Source: Candidatus Latescibacterota bacterium (GTDB taxonomy: Bacteria > Latescibacterota > UBA2968 > UBA8231). From it: a stretch of 64,000 nucleotides of DNA. Positions 1 through 9,869 of the stretch are shown here, piece after piece. Each line of letters starts with the position of its first letter. Within the stretch, counting starts at the first letter, position 1. The notes under the pieces are model-generated. The model did no database searches and was not told the DNA's origin. It saw only the letters and a program-made list of their open reading frames with translations. The stretch covers positions 5,152,001 to 5,216,000 of the forward strand of contig OZ241867.1 of the NCBI GenBank assembly GCA_965203175.1. The letters run 5' to 3'. A program made the position numbers and the translations under genes.

Positions 1-23
1 TACGTCCCTCTCTCGTATTACCC

Positions 24-1724
24 TCACTTTGCCTCTCCCCAGCTTCGACCAACCCCCGCTTCGACGCGGATCGGCACGCGAAACGACCGCCCCTTTGCGT
101 CTTCCACGGGAGCTTCCATGATCGATGTGATGAAATCGACGTATTCGCCAGCCTTGTCCCGAGGCGCTTCGAGGATCAGTTCGTCATGGACCTGCACGAG
201 CATTCTCGTCTCTGACGGGAGCATGTTGTCTAAGGCGATCATCTTGTTGCGGCAGATGTCCGCAGCAGTGCCCTGAATCATCGAATTGAAAGCGGTTCGG
301 ACGTTGCCTTCGGGGAATCGCCGCCGCCGGCCGAACATGTTGACGATATGTCCATGCCGGCGCGTATAAGCAAGCACATCCTCGCGGATCTGCCGCACGT
401 TTTTATAGGTCGTGAAGTAAGCCTCAATGAACGCTTTTGCTTCTGTGAGCGAAAGCCCGGTCGCAGACGACAACGCCTTCGCGCCCATTCCGTAGATCAG
501 TCCAAAGTTGAGCGCCTTTGCCTGATCCCGTTCCTCGGCAGTCACCTCTCCAATCGGTTTGTCGAAGATGTCAGCAATCGTCTTTTTATGCAGATCGACG
601 TCTTGTTCGAACGCCTCCATCATCTTGGGATCCTGCGCGTAATGAGCGGCGCAGCGCAATTCGACCTGCGAAAAATCCACGTCGATCAGGACGTGGTCCT
701 CCTCGGCGACAAAAGCAGAGCGGATAGTCGCGCCTCGGGGGATTGCTTGCAAGTTCGGGTCGTTGGAGGAAAGGCGTCCGGTGATCGTCCCCGTCTGATT
801 GAAGTTGCAGTGGATGCGACCCGTTTCCGGCAAGACGAGTTGCGGAAGTTTATCGACGTAGTTCACCAGCAGGGTCGTTAGTTCGCGGTGTTCGAGAATG
901 AGCGGAACGACGGGGTGGCGGTGGCGCAGGGATTCGAGTGCCCATTGGTTGACCGACTGCCGACCACTGCGCGTTTGGCGATCTGACGGCAGCGCTAGGT
1001 CGCCGAACAACACTTTGCCGAGTTCGACGGTTGAATTGACGTGAAACCGCCTGCCGGCATGCGCCCATATTCCCTCTTCCAGTTCTCGGATGCGCAGTCG
1101 GTATTCGTCCCCGACGCGCTTGAGATGATCGATGTCGAGGCAAATGCCCGTCTGTTCCATCTTCCGCAGGATGCGCATCGTCGGCAGTTCGTACTCGTAG
1201 TACAGATGGGCGAGCGTCGGCAGCTCGTCAATTTCCGCTTTGAACAATTCGTACAGTCGGAACGTATAGTCCGCGTCAGCGCAGGCGTACTCGGCGAGGT
1301 CGGGATTTTTGCCGAACAGCGTCAGTTGACTGAGGTCGCTGAAATCGACGGCTTCCTCGTCGAGCAGGTCCCGCGCGAGCCGTTTGAGCGACTTCGAGCG
1401 GTTTTCGTCGAGCAAATGGGCCGCGAGGAGCGTATCGAAAATCTCCGCGCCTTCAAGGTCGATGTCGTGCCGTTCGAGAATAGTCAAATCGAACTTCGCG
1501 TGGTGGAATGCGAGCCGCTTTTGCCGCAGCATCTGCTGCAACTTCGGCGCGTTGATTGCCTCTGCGGGCAGCCAGAACGCGCGGCGCGGCTCGCCGCAGA
1601 ACGAAATCCCGGAGAGGCGTGCGCGCATCTTGTTCAGCGAATCGCCCTCTGTATCGACGGCAAGCGTGGAGTACGGCGCGATTTGCGACAGGTCGCTTAG
1701 AACGCGGTAGTCCTTCTCCGCCAT
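24..1724 (-). CDS. polA: Family A DNA polymerase, Klenow-like (3'-5' exonuclease + polymerase, no 5'-3' nuclease domain)
   Basis: ExoI DTEGD, ExoII HHAKFD, ExoIII YACADA; TGRLSSNDPNLQ; motif A DFSQVELR, motif B RDQAKALNFGLIYG, motif C VHDELILE; 566 aa. Confidence 0.93.
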   Translation of the reverse strand: MAEKDYRVLSDLSQIAPYSTLAVDTEGDSLNKMRARLSGISFCGEPRRAFWLPAEAINAPKLQQMLRQKRLAFHHAKFDLTILERHDIDLEGAEIFDTLLAAHLLDENRSKSLKRLARDLLDEEAVDFSDLSQLTLFGKNPDLAEYACADADYTFRLYELFKAEIDELPTLAHLYYEYELPTMRILRKMEQTGICLDIDHLKRVGDEYRLRIRELEEGIWAHAGRRFHVNSTVELGKVLFGDLALPSDRQTRSGRQSVNQWALESLRHRHPVVPLILEHRELTTLLVNYVDKLPQLVLPETGRIHCNFNQTGTITGRLSSNDPNLQAIPRGATIRSAFVAEEDHVLIDVDFSQVELRCAAHYAQDPKMMEAFEQDVDLHKKTIADIFDKPIGEVTAEERDQAKALNFGLIYGMGAKALSSATGLSLTEAKAFIEAYFTTYKNVRQIREDVLAYTRRHGHIVNMFGRRRRFPEGNVRTAFNSMIQGTAADICRNKMIALDNMLPSETRMLVQVHDELILEAPRDKAGEYVDFITSIMEAPVEDAKGRSFRVPIRVEAGVGRSWGEAK

Positions 1725-1768
1725 GAATCGCCTCTATTGCTATGGAACGTCGAGAATCGCCAACCCGC

Positions 1769-3217
1769 TCAACGCAAAAACTGCAATGCGTAGAGCCGCG
1801 CATCCCGCATCTCAAAGCGCAGCCGCACTGGCGTGCCCGCCAACTTCCCAATAGGCTCCTGCCAACTCACTTCCTTGCACACCCCATTGCCCATCACCGC
1901 GTCGGACGCTTGCATCGCTTGCCCACTTTCATCGAGTACTTCCACCCGCAGCCACCCTCCGGCCCCGCCATCGAAGTTCAGCGCCAACCGCTCGCCGGCA
2001 AACTGCAACAGCGGCGTCGTGAAAGACCCACCGCCATAGCCAGCCTCCGCCGCCACAAACCCATCTAGTCGCAACGAGGCGCGAAAAATTCCACTCGCTC
2101 GCGCCTGTTGCTGGTCCTCTCTGCTGCCGTGCCGCCGCGCCGTCCCGCTGTAATAGAGCCACAGTTCATCACCCACCGGAATAAACCACGGATTGGCAAA
2201 CAGCATCCCGCTCAACAGGCCGCCGTCCCAACCCTGGCGCAAAAAGGCCCGGCGTTCTCCCTGCCGCTGCCAGCTAATCCCATCGCGGCTGCTGAGTAAC
2301 TGCACGTCCATAGTCGCCGGGAAGTCGTCCTCGCCCCAGTGATAGTACGCCGCCGGCAGCATGAAATAGGCGTCCTGCGCCGCGTCGTACTTAGTGGCAC
2401 AACTGGTGTAAAAATCGATATTGGGCCGGGGATCGTCGCGCTGGAACGGCACTGGAATCTGCAAATCCTCCTCATCCGCTTCAAAGACGATCTCCTGGGC
2501 GGACCAATGCCTAAAATCGGGCGAGGTTATCCGCCCAACGCAGCGGTACGATCCCTTGCCCCCGGCCTCGGCTGCTTCGGACAAGTGCTGAGTCTCCCTA
2601 ACCCGCGTATAGCCCACGTACAGTTCAAGCCGGTCGTCCCAGAAAAACATATTCTGCGTGTCGCACATCGTCCGCGGCGGATTCGGCTGGTCTGGATAGT
2701 ACTGCCAGCGCAGCCCGTCGGCCGAGTGCATCGCCCACAGTCCCGGCTCGACGCCCTGTGCCCGCTCTTCATCCGTCGGCTGGAACTTGGTCCACAACTT
2801 GTAGCGTTCCTCGGCTGCCGCCCGCTCGTCGCGCAAGACGGTCGCCCCCTGCATGCTCTGCTGCTCGACCAACGGCGCGACGATATTGTTGTCTCGGCTG
2901 CCGCGGAATTCCACCAGGCCCAGCACTGGCTTTTCCCAGTGCAATCCATCTGCGGATTCTGCATAGCCCAATCGCCGTGCCCCCTCCATCGGCAACCCCG
3001 TTTTCATAGTCGCGTCGTACCACATCCGCCACTGGCCATCCGCCTCCCGCCACACCGTGTTATACGCCCCAATCCCCCACTCCTCCCACGCCCGATCTGA
3101 CCGCAACACCGGCCCTAAGTGCTGCACTGGCGTCCCCATTTGCAGCGCTATTCCCTCGCGCTCGGCAAAAAACCGCTCGTCGATAAAAAGTTGCTTCCTG
3201 TCTCCTATATCCAACAT
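1769..3217 (-). CDS. Hypothetical glycoside-hydrolase-like beta-propeller protein with C-terminal beta-sandwich
   Basis: Start moved to MLDIGDRKQLFID (RBS AAGGAG upstream); Asp-box-like SADGLHW/SRDGISW repeats; LRLDGF and PVRLRF..ARLYA tail. Confidence 0.65.
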   Translation of the reverse strand: MLDIGDRKQLFIDERFFAEREGIALQMGTPVQHLGPVLRSDRAWEEWGIGAYNTVWREADGQWRMWYDATMKTGLPMEGARRLGYAESADGLHWEKPVLGLVEFRGSRDNNIVAPLVEQQSMQGATVLRDERAAAEERYKLWTKFQPTDEERAQGVEPGLWAMHSADGLRWQYYPDQPNPPRTMCDTQNMFFWDDRLELYVGYTRVRETQHLSEAAEAGGKGSYRCVGRITSPDFRHWSAQEIVFEADEEDLQIPVPFQRDDPRPNIDFYTSCATKYDAAQDAYFMLPAAYYHWGEDDFPATMDVQLLSSRDGISWQRQGERRAFLRQGWDGGLLSGMLFANPWFIPVGDELWLYYSGTARRHGSREDQQQARASGIFRASLRLDGFVAAEAGYGGGSFTTPLLQFAGERLALNFDGGAGGWLRVEVLDESGQAMQASDAVMGNGVCKEVSWQEPIGKLAGTPVRLRFEMRDARLYALQFLR

Positions 3218-3251
3218 GGAACTACTCCTTGATGGGAAACGAATACGACGC

Positions 3252-4697
3252 CTATTGTTGAGGCGTCTTTGGGCATCTTGCAAAGGTCCTGTCCAACAGC
3301 CGGCCAGTCTCCTCGACCACCATCCCAAGAGCTTCCGGTACGAGCTTAGTCCAGTAGCGGGTCTCCACCTCGTGCCCCCCGCGCTGAAAGGCGTCTGGTA
3401 TCGGCAAGTAACCACAGTACATGTTACAGCAGTGGGCCACTATTGTCGTCGCGGCAGGAGATGCCATCTTGATCTGCAGTTGCCCCTCGACGAAGGGTTC
3501 CCCAGCGAGCCCCACCAGAGCGGTGCTGCCTAGGCGCATCACCTGAATCTCATAGCCCAGATCCCGCTCGCGGCGGCGCTGGAGATCAACGCTGACTATG
3601 GAGGCCGACTGAATCCATTCGCTGTCCACTACTTTCGTCCCCGGCGAGACGGGCGAGCCGCCCTCGTAGCCCCGATAGGCCCTGCTTTCGTTCCACACCG
3701 GCTGCGGATTCTCCTCCAGCACCTGCTGCGCTTTTCTCAAGGTTTCGGTTTCAACCACGCGAATGGGTATGGGCAGCCGCGTCCCCACCACATCGAGTTC
3801 ACTCGACTCATCCAGATCGCCGTGTTCCAGCACGCGCCGGGTAACCTCGGCCAGCATGCGGCCCATGCGGCGATGATCGGGCCGGTAGTCAGGGTCGAAG
3901 GGATTCCAAGGATTGATATTGCCACAGCATCCATTCGCCACCAGCGCCACGCAGCACGGGAACAGTCGCTCCACTTCCTCCGCCCAAGCACCGGGCCAGT
4001 CCGCTGAGATCACGGCCTGTGGAAACACGTTTACCGGATGCCCCGTGTGGTGCAGAATCAGCGCGATCGGTCGCGCGGAGAGACTCTGCACGCAGAGAAC
4101 ACCTACTTCGGGATCAGTCGGGCCTTCGAGATAGCGGATGTAGGTCGGCCCCAGAGGCTGCGGCCAAGAAGGCCCGGGCATGCGCACCGTGCCATCGTCC
4201 GTAATGGCCCTGCGGTTGAACTGAATGCGCCCCTCGATCCCACTGCCGGCTCGCAGCCGCGCAGGCTGAAGATCTGCGGCAGCCTCCCGCACGGCAGCGA
4301 GAATCCTATCGACAGCGTAGTCCTCATAGGCGCGCACACCCCCTGCCAACCACTCAAGCTCGTCCGGCACCGGCGGAAAGTCGCGGTCGAACATGAAAAC
4401 GCCAAGAGCAGGAGCCGCGTGTACCTGCGTGGCATGCATCATCACCGCCCCAGGTGGAATGCCCTGATCGCGCGCGATCGCCTCCCGGATACGCGCCGAC
4501 ACCGCTTCGGTAATGATAGTAACATCCAAGCTGATGAAGCAGAGCTTGGTGTCGCCGCTGGCTAGCACCAAGGCGCGCGCATACAACGGGGAATCCACGT
4601 ACTTGCCCGGTCGAAACCAACCTACCTCGCCCGCAAGAGATATATCCCGATCAGGAGTGATCTCGACTCGCGCCGCATTCGCCATCAGTGCGTCCAT
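3252..4697 (-). CDS. Neutral/alkaline ceramidase-like hydrolase
   Basis: ITP..PLYARALVL, HATQVHAAP, GPTDPEV, HPV, ISADWPG, NGCCGNINP, GEPF, GYLP..F.RGGHE motifs; start assumed at MDALM. Confidence 0.7.
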   Translation of the reverse strand: MDALMANAARVEITPDRDISLAGEVGWFRPGKYVDSPLYARALVLASGDTKLCFISLDVTIITEAVSARIREAIARDQGIPPGAVMMHATQVHAAPALGVFMFDRDFPPVPDELEWLAGGVRAYEDYAVDRILAAVREAAADLQPARLRAGSGIEGRIQFNRRAITDDGTVRMPGPSWPQPLGPTYIRYLEGPTDPEVGVLCVQSLSARPIALILHHTGHPVNVFPQAVISADWPGAWAEEVERLFPCCVALVANGCCGNINPWNPFDPDYRPDHRRMGRMLAEVTRRVLEHGDLDESSELDVVGTRLPIPIRVVETETLRKAQQVLEENPQPVWNESRAYRGYEGGSPVSPGTKVVDSEWIQSASIVSVDLQRRRERDLGYEIQVMRLGSTALVGLAGEPFVEGQLQIKMASPAATTIVAHCCNMYCGYLPIPDAFQRGGHEVETRYWTKLVPEALGMVVEETGRLLDRTFARCPKTPQQ

Positions 4698-4863
4698 AAA
4701 CACCTCGCGGTGAAGTTTGCACCCCATACTGTATCCTTCCAATGAAGCCGGGGCAAGGATCATCTAAGCCCTTATTGACAGCGTGGGTCAAACCCTATAG
4801 ATAATAAGGCCGGTTAGGCCCCAATTTTTCTGGATTACACAGGCGAGAACTAAAGGAGTAAAC

Positions 4864-5427
4864 ATGACTACAGCGCGCGAAGAACTCGTCTTTTCCGATG
4901 CTTTCGACGGATCCCTCGATTCCGAGTGGACTTGGCTGCGCGAGCATCCCGGCTTTTGGCGCTTGCAGGACGGCCTGGAGATTCGCGTCGAACCGGGCGT
5001 GGCCGATACTGTGCAAAACGCGCTTTTGCGCCCAGCCCCAGATCGCAGCGCGGGGACCTGGGCCATAGAAGTGACGGTGTACAACCACACCCACCCCATC
5101 CAGCAGTACGAACAGGCCGGCATCACTTGGTACCAAAACGGCAAGCCTGTCTTCAAGCAGGTCAAGGAACTGATCGACGGCGATCTCTACATTATTCCCG
5201 GCCGCAAGCCCATGCCCACCCAGAGCGTGCGCCTGCGCCTCATTGTCACCGCCGACTCTTGGGAAGCCCAGTACCGGCCCGAGGGCGAGGACCAATTCCA
5301 CACCGCAGATCGGGGCGAGTTGCCCCCACCCGGCGACGATCAAGTCAGCATCCAGTGCTACAACGGCCCCGAAAACGCCGCGCACTGGATCCGCTTTCGG
5401 GACTTTCAGATCAAACGCCTCTGCTAG
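4864..5427 (+). CDS. Concanavalin A-like / DUF1349-like beta-sandwich protein
   Basis: RBS AAGGAG; D.FDG.LDSEW.W.RE and YEQAGI pattern. Confidence 0.6.
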   Translation: MTTAREELVFSDAFDGSLDSEWTWLREHPGFWRLQDGLEIRVEPGVADTVQNALLRPAPDRSAGTWAIEVTVYNHTHPIQQYEQAGITWYQNGKPVFKQVKELIDGDLYIIPGRKPMPTQSVRLRLIVTADSWEAQYRPEGEDQFHTADRGELPPPGDDQVSIQCYNGPENAAHWIRFRDFQIKRLC

Positions 5428-6515
5428 CGAAACCAGTCATAATTCAACCCCAGTGACCGATCCTGCAACGGCAACTCCACCCGCTCCCCACCCTGCGCTG
5501 AGGAGACCTTCAACGCCACCTCTACCTCCAACGCCACGCCCACGCGCCGCCCCGAATTCTTCGGCTCATCCATCTCCCCGGCCAAACACCGCATCACATC
5601 ATCCACGCAATACACTGCCCCATACGGCACATTAAACTGCGGCTGCGGCCAATCCAACTCCGCCACAGCCGACCCTGCCGGCCCTTCCACCTGCTGCCAC
5701 AACCGCCATCCCTTGCTGTAGTCGAAAGTCATCTCCCCACGCGCTCCACACAACCGCACCCCCGGTGCTCCCCTACGGAAATGCACCACCGTCCCGTCGG
5801 CAGCCACCAACATTCCCTGACCGGCGAACTCATCGCTGCCCGACTCCCGCCGCGGCTGATCCCCCGTGCCGACCACCCACGCTGGGGGGGCGTCGAGGAA
5901 ATAAGACCAATTCTGATGCTGCGCCCCAGCGTTCGGAGCCTCGATTGACACCAGTTCGCCGATCACCCCTTCTGCAATCAGCGCCTTGGCCCGCGCAAAC
6001 GAAGGATGCGTCGTGGTAATCGCCCCGCAACACAGAGGCACCCCCGCCTCGGCGCAAGTCCTCACCATCCGGTCCACTTCCTCTAACGTATGCACCATCG
6101 GCTTTTCCGTGACGATGCCCTTGGCCCCACATTCGACGGCCAAACAGGTAAAATGCGCGCGATATTTGGTATTGGTGCATACCGCGACGATATCTGGCCG
6201 CTCCTTTCGCAGCATGGCCTCGGCGTCCTCGTAGAGCGTCTCAATCCTATAGCGCTCGCCATAGGCTTTGAGTCGCTTGGGATCGCGGTCGGCGGCGATG
6301 ACCGTCTCCACCTCGGGCCGATCCCACAGTGCCTCGGCATACGAGGTCGGGTTGCCCTCGTCGCCGGGGTGGTCGTAGTGGTGAAATTTGCGATGGATAT
6401 CCAACGGCGGCGTGGGTCGGTCGATATCGTCGATTTCAAAGCGATCTCCGACCCGGCTGGCCAGATCGTAGAGCAGGCCCATCCAACCTAGGCCAATAAC
6501 TGCGGCGCGATACAT
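5424..6515 (-). CDS. Gfo/Idh/MocA family oxidoreductase
   Basis: VIGLGWMG Rossmann motif, EKPM; RBS AAGGAG. Confidence 0.88.
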   Translation of the reverse strand: MYRAAVIGLGWMGLLYDLASRVGDRFEIDDIDRPTPPLDIHRKFHHYDHPGDEGNPTSYAEALWDRPEVETVIAADRDPKRLKAYGERYRIETLYEDAEAMLRKERPDIVAVCTNTKYRAHFTCLAVECGAKGIVTEKPMVHTLEEVDRMVRTCAEAGVPLCCGAITTTHPSFARAKALIAEGVIGELVSIEAPNAGAQHQNWSYFLDAPPAWVVGTGDQPRRESGSDEFAGQGMLVAADGTVVHFRRGAPGVRLCGARGEMTFDYSKGWRLWQQVEGPAGSAVAELDWPQPQFNVPYGAVYCVDDVMRCLAGEMDEPKNSGRRVGVALEVEVALKVSSAQGGERVELPLQDRSLGLNYDWFR

Positions 6516-6539
6516 GAGCAATCTCCTTTGTGGTCGAAA

Positions 6540-7394
6540 TCAATCGGCCCGCAACACCGCGTTGTGCGCGGCCAGATCCCAAGTCTCGTTGTACACCAGC
6601 GGCTGGGCACGTTCGGGCGGATAGCCGGGGGGTGGATTATTGGGATCGAGCAACTCCAGCCGATCGCGGCCCCGGGGCTTGTCGAGCCAAGCCCGCTCCT
6701 CGGGCGCGGCTTGTACCGGACGCCGCAAAATAAACTCCACCCGGTCGCGGCGCGAGAAGGCCACATGGGCGACGAACACCCGATGCACATCGCTTCCATC
6801 CCAAGTCGCCAGATCTGGCAAGAGTACCGGGCCGGTACAGATCTGATATTGGCCATCGGCCGCGTTGAGGTTCATAACGTTGATCGGATATTCGAGCTCG
6901 ACCTCAATACCACTCGCCGCGTCCTGGTACACCGAGCGGGCGTTTTGCGCGTCGCCGGCAAAGGTCGAGGCCACAATGGCGTCGGCTTCCTCCAGCGCCT
7001 CAGATGCGGGATAAGAGCGAATGTCGATGGTGTAGTCCTGGTACGCCTCCGCCAGCGAACGCGCGCTGACCGCCTCGGGTTCCGTACTCGGCCGCTGGGC
7101 AATCGCCGGAATCGAGGAGCGGCTAAAAGGCATCCGCCACTCGCCGCTGGGGATCTGAAACAGATTTTCGCTGGCAATGGTGTATTCGCTGCGGCAGGGT
7201 GCGCCCAAAAAGAGTTCAGCCAGCTCGGCCCCGCCGCTGTCGCGTAAAACGCAACGGGCCTCCAAGGTGAACCGCACGTGATAAACCTGGCCGTGCTCGC
7301 CGACGAAACCGCCGGGCCACTTGTAATACGGATCCGGCTTCCAAGGATGGGCCTTCCAAGTAAAGGACGAACGGGGGAAATTGATCATCGCCAT
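6540..7394 (-). CDS. Hypothetical protein, probably co-transcribed with the downstream oxidoreductase
   Basis: 284-aa ORF with host-like codon usage, GGAG next to the start, 24-bp gap to the next gene. Confidence 0.65.
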   Translation of the reverse strand: MAMINFPRSSFTWKAHPWKPDPYYKWPGGFVGEHGQVYHVRFTLEARCVLRDSGGAELAELFLGAPCRSEYTIASENLFQIPSGEWRMPFSRSSIPAIAQRPSTEPEAVSARSLAEAYQDYTIDIRSYPASEALEEADAIVASTFAGDAQNARSVYQDAASGIEVELEYPINVMNLNAADGQYQICTGPVLLPDLATWDGSDVHRVFVAHVAFSRRDRVEFILRRPVQAAPEERAWLDKPRGRDRLELLDPNNPPPGYPPERAQPLVYNETWDLAAHNAVLRAD

Positions 7395-7524
7395 CTCCTG
7401 CCGGGGAACTTGCCCCGGCTGCTATAGGTTCTCATCTTACAACGCCAGATTTGTAGTATAGTAAAAGGCATCTTTAGGTAAAAATGCCTGATTCACTCTC
7501 ACATCAATAGCCAAGGAGATTTCT

Positions 7525-8115
7525 ATGACTCGTCCCAATCCACTCCACTTCGCGTGGGTTGCCGCTCTGACATTCGCTCTTACCGCCGAGGCAACTTTGG
7601 CGGAAACTTACGTGGTCGATGCTTCCCACTCTTCGGTCGATTTCAGCATTCGCCACCTCGTCGGCCGCACCAAGGGCCGCTTCGGGGACTTCAGCGGCAC
7701 CATCAGCTACGACGCTGCCAAGCCCGCAGCCTCTAGTTTCTCCGGCACCATTCAGGTCAAGAGCATCGACACCGGCAACGAGCGCCGCGATGGCCACCTG
7801 AAAAATGCCGACTTTTTCGAGGCCGAAACCTACCCCACGATCACCTTCGAATCTACCGAGGTGACCAGCGCGGGCGAAAACACGCTCAACGTGAAGGGCA
7901 AGCTGACCATGCACGGCACCACCAAAGAGGTCACCCTGCCCATCGAGATCCTCGGCACCGGCATCAATCCGAGGGGTGGCAAGGCGCAGATCGGCCTAGA
8001 AACGAATTTTTCCATCCTCTGCTCTGATTACGGAGTCAATAGCTGGGAACGCTTTAGCGCCGTGCTCGGAGACGAAGTAAAAATTCAGGTATTGATCGAA
8101 GCCAACGCAGAGTAA
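7525..8115 (+). CDS. yceI: YceI family (polyisoprenoid-binding) secreted protein
   Basis: Signal peptide; YVVDASHSSVDF, SIDTGNERRDGHLKNADFF, GKLTMHG. Confidence 0.92.
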   Translation: MTRPNPLHFAWVAALTFALTAEATLAETYVVDASHSSVDFSIRHLVGRTKGRFGDFSGTISYDAAKPAASSFSGTIQVKSIDTGNERRDGHLKNADFFEAETYPTITFESTEVTSAGENTLNVKGKLTMHGTTKEVTLPIEILGTGINPRGGKAQIGLETNFSILCSDYGVNSWERFSAVLGDEVKIQVLIEANAE

Positions 8116-8121
8116 TCAGGA

Positions 8122-9081
8122 TCAGCTAGCCAAGCGGAACCAGTCGGCCATCCATTCAAAGTACTCGACGAGGAAGGCGTGGTTGCCCTCTGGCTGGCGG
8201 ACCTCGAAGCGCCCTGGACAGCCCGCCTCTGCATACGCCTCGGAGACGACCGGGATCAGCTCGTCAACGCCCTCGCGGGGCATGTCTTCATCCTCGGTCG
8301 GGGCGATCATCATAAAGGGACGCGGAGGCATACAGGCCGCGACGATTGCGGCGTGGTCGAAATGGCGCAGTAGATGAGGGATAAAATAATAGGCGCTGTG
8401 GCGGTCGGTGGTAGTGTGGTGGATTACTCGCGCCATGCTGCCCACCCCACCGCAGACAGGCACCCCAGCCCAGATCCACGGAGCGCACGCCATCGCATAC
8501 CAAGTCGCATTGCCGCCCAGCGACATCCCGGTCAGCCCGATTCGGTTGGAGTCCACCCCAGGAATAGCGGCCAAAAGCCGCGCCCCTTTGAGAGTTTCCT
8601 CGACTAGTACGCCCATTTGCGTACGACCGTACGGTGCCAGCAGCTTGTTTTCAGTCGCCCACTCTGCGAGGCTGCTGCGCCGCATCTCGCATCCTTTGGG
8701 GGAAATGGCCAGCGTTGCAAAGCCTCGGCGAGCCAATTCGCGCGCCCAGCCCATCAGCTTCCGTTCCATAAAAAAGCGTGGATGAGCGATCTCGTCGGCC
8801 GTTCCCCCAGTACCGGGAACGCAAACAATGCCAGGCCGTGTGCACGCCGATTTTTCCTGCGGCACCATGAGAATTCCCGGCACGGTCTCGCCCAGCGAAT
8901 TCTCGTACCTCACCCGCGAAGTACAAAGGCCGTCCTCTTCTTGCCGGCTCTCTGTGGTGTAGTCGATCGCAGCGGGAGTCTCTTCTAGGCCGAGCAATTC
9001 CACCAGCTTCGAGCGCACAGCCGAGGCGGGAATCTCATCGGGATAGGCCGGGCGGATGCCCTTGGGAATAATGGATTGCAT
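8122..9081 (-). CDS. Alpha/beta hydrolase (dienelactone hydrolase/esterase-like)
   Basis: VDSNRIGLTGMSLGG nucleophile elbow, PPRP, D and GNH; start uncertain. Confidence 0.8.
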   Translation of the reverse strand: MQSIIPKGIRPAYPDEIPASAVRSKLVELLGLEETPAAIDYTTESRQEEDGLCTSRVRYENSLGETVPGILMVPQEKSACTRPGIVCVPGTGGTADEIAHPRFFMERKLMGWARELARRGFATLAISPKGCEMRRSSLAEWATENKLLAPYGRTQMGVLVEETLKGARLLAAIPGVDSNRIGLTGMSLGGNATWYAMACAPWIWAGVPVCGGVGSMARVIHHTTTDRHSAYYFIPHLLRHFDHAAIVAACMPPRPFMMIAPTEDEDMPREGVDELIPVVSEAYAEAGCPGRFEVRQPEGNHAFLVEYFEWMADWFRLAS

Positions 9082-9176
9082 AAGAGGACTCAAAGTATTT
9101 TGTTTCAAGGGCTTGGATTTGAGTGTATGAAAGGCCCAAATGCTCGTCAAATAGCGCCACAACAGAAGGGAAAGCC

Positions 9177-9866
9177 ATGAAAATACTCCTTACCGGTGCC
9201 GCCGGAGCGGTCGGCTCCACGCTGGTCAAAGGGATGGGATCGCGCCACCAATTGCGCGGTTTTGACCGCGTGGAAATGCCCGACCTAGAAGACAGCCAGG
9301 TGGGCGATGTGGCCGATTACGATGCTTTGTTGGCAGCCGCCGAGGGCATGGAGGCCATCATCCATTTGACGGGCGTCGATAGCGAGTGGGAAAAGGCCCT
9401 GTCTAGCAATTTCATCGGCACGTACAATATGTTGGAAGCAGCCCGCATCCAAGGAGTGCGCCGGGTGGCGTACGCCAGTCGCGCCGGGGTACACGGCCCC
9501 CTGCCCGAGGACGTTATGCGCCGCGTTGATATGCCTCCCCAGCCCCTGGGCTACTATACGGTCAGCAAGCTATTCGGCGAGCACATGGGCTATTCCTACG
9601 CCCATAGACACGGCCTGGAGTTCGTCGCAGTGCGCATAGGCAATTTCAGCCTCAAGCGCGATCAGCCCGAGCACCCGCACCAGCTCAGCCACGGCGATGC
9701 CGTGCGGGTCTTTGAGCAGGCCGTGATACACCCCGGGGTGCGCTACGAAATCGTGTACGGAGTGTCGGACAGCACTTGGCCGCGCTACGACCTCGACCAC
9801 GGACGGCGCGCCATTGGCTACTTTCCCCAGGACAAATCGGACTGGCGGCCCGAGGAGGAGGAATAA
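9177..9866 (+). CDS. NAD-dependent epimerase/dehydratase (uronate dehydrogenase-like SDR)
   Basis: TGAAGAVG, YTVSK (YxxxK), RIG, GYFPQD. Confidence 0.85.
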   Translation: MKILLTGAAGAVGSTLVKGMGSRHQLRGFDRVEMPDLEDSQVGDVADYDALLAAAEGMEAIIHLTGVDSEWEKALSSNFIGTYNMLEAARIQGVRRVAYASRAGVHGPLPEDVMRRVDMPPQPLGYYTVSKLFGEHMGYSYAHRHGLEFVAVRIGNFSLKRDQPEHPHQLSHGDAVRVFEQAVIHPGVRYEIVYGVSDSTWPRYDLDHGRRAIGYFPQDKSDWRPEEEE

Positions 9867-9869
9867 ACT

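Noticed and set aside
4775-4805. Sigma70 promoter with a perfect TTGACA
   Set aside because: The best -10 candidates lie at 15- or 19-bp spacing, so it is not convincing
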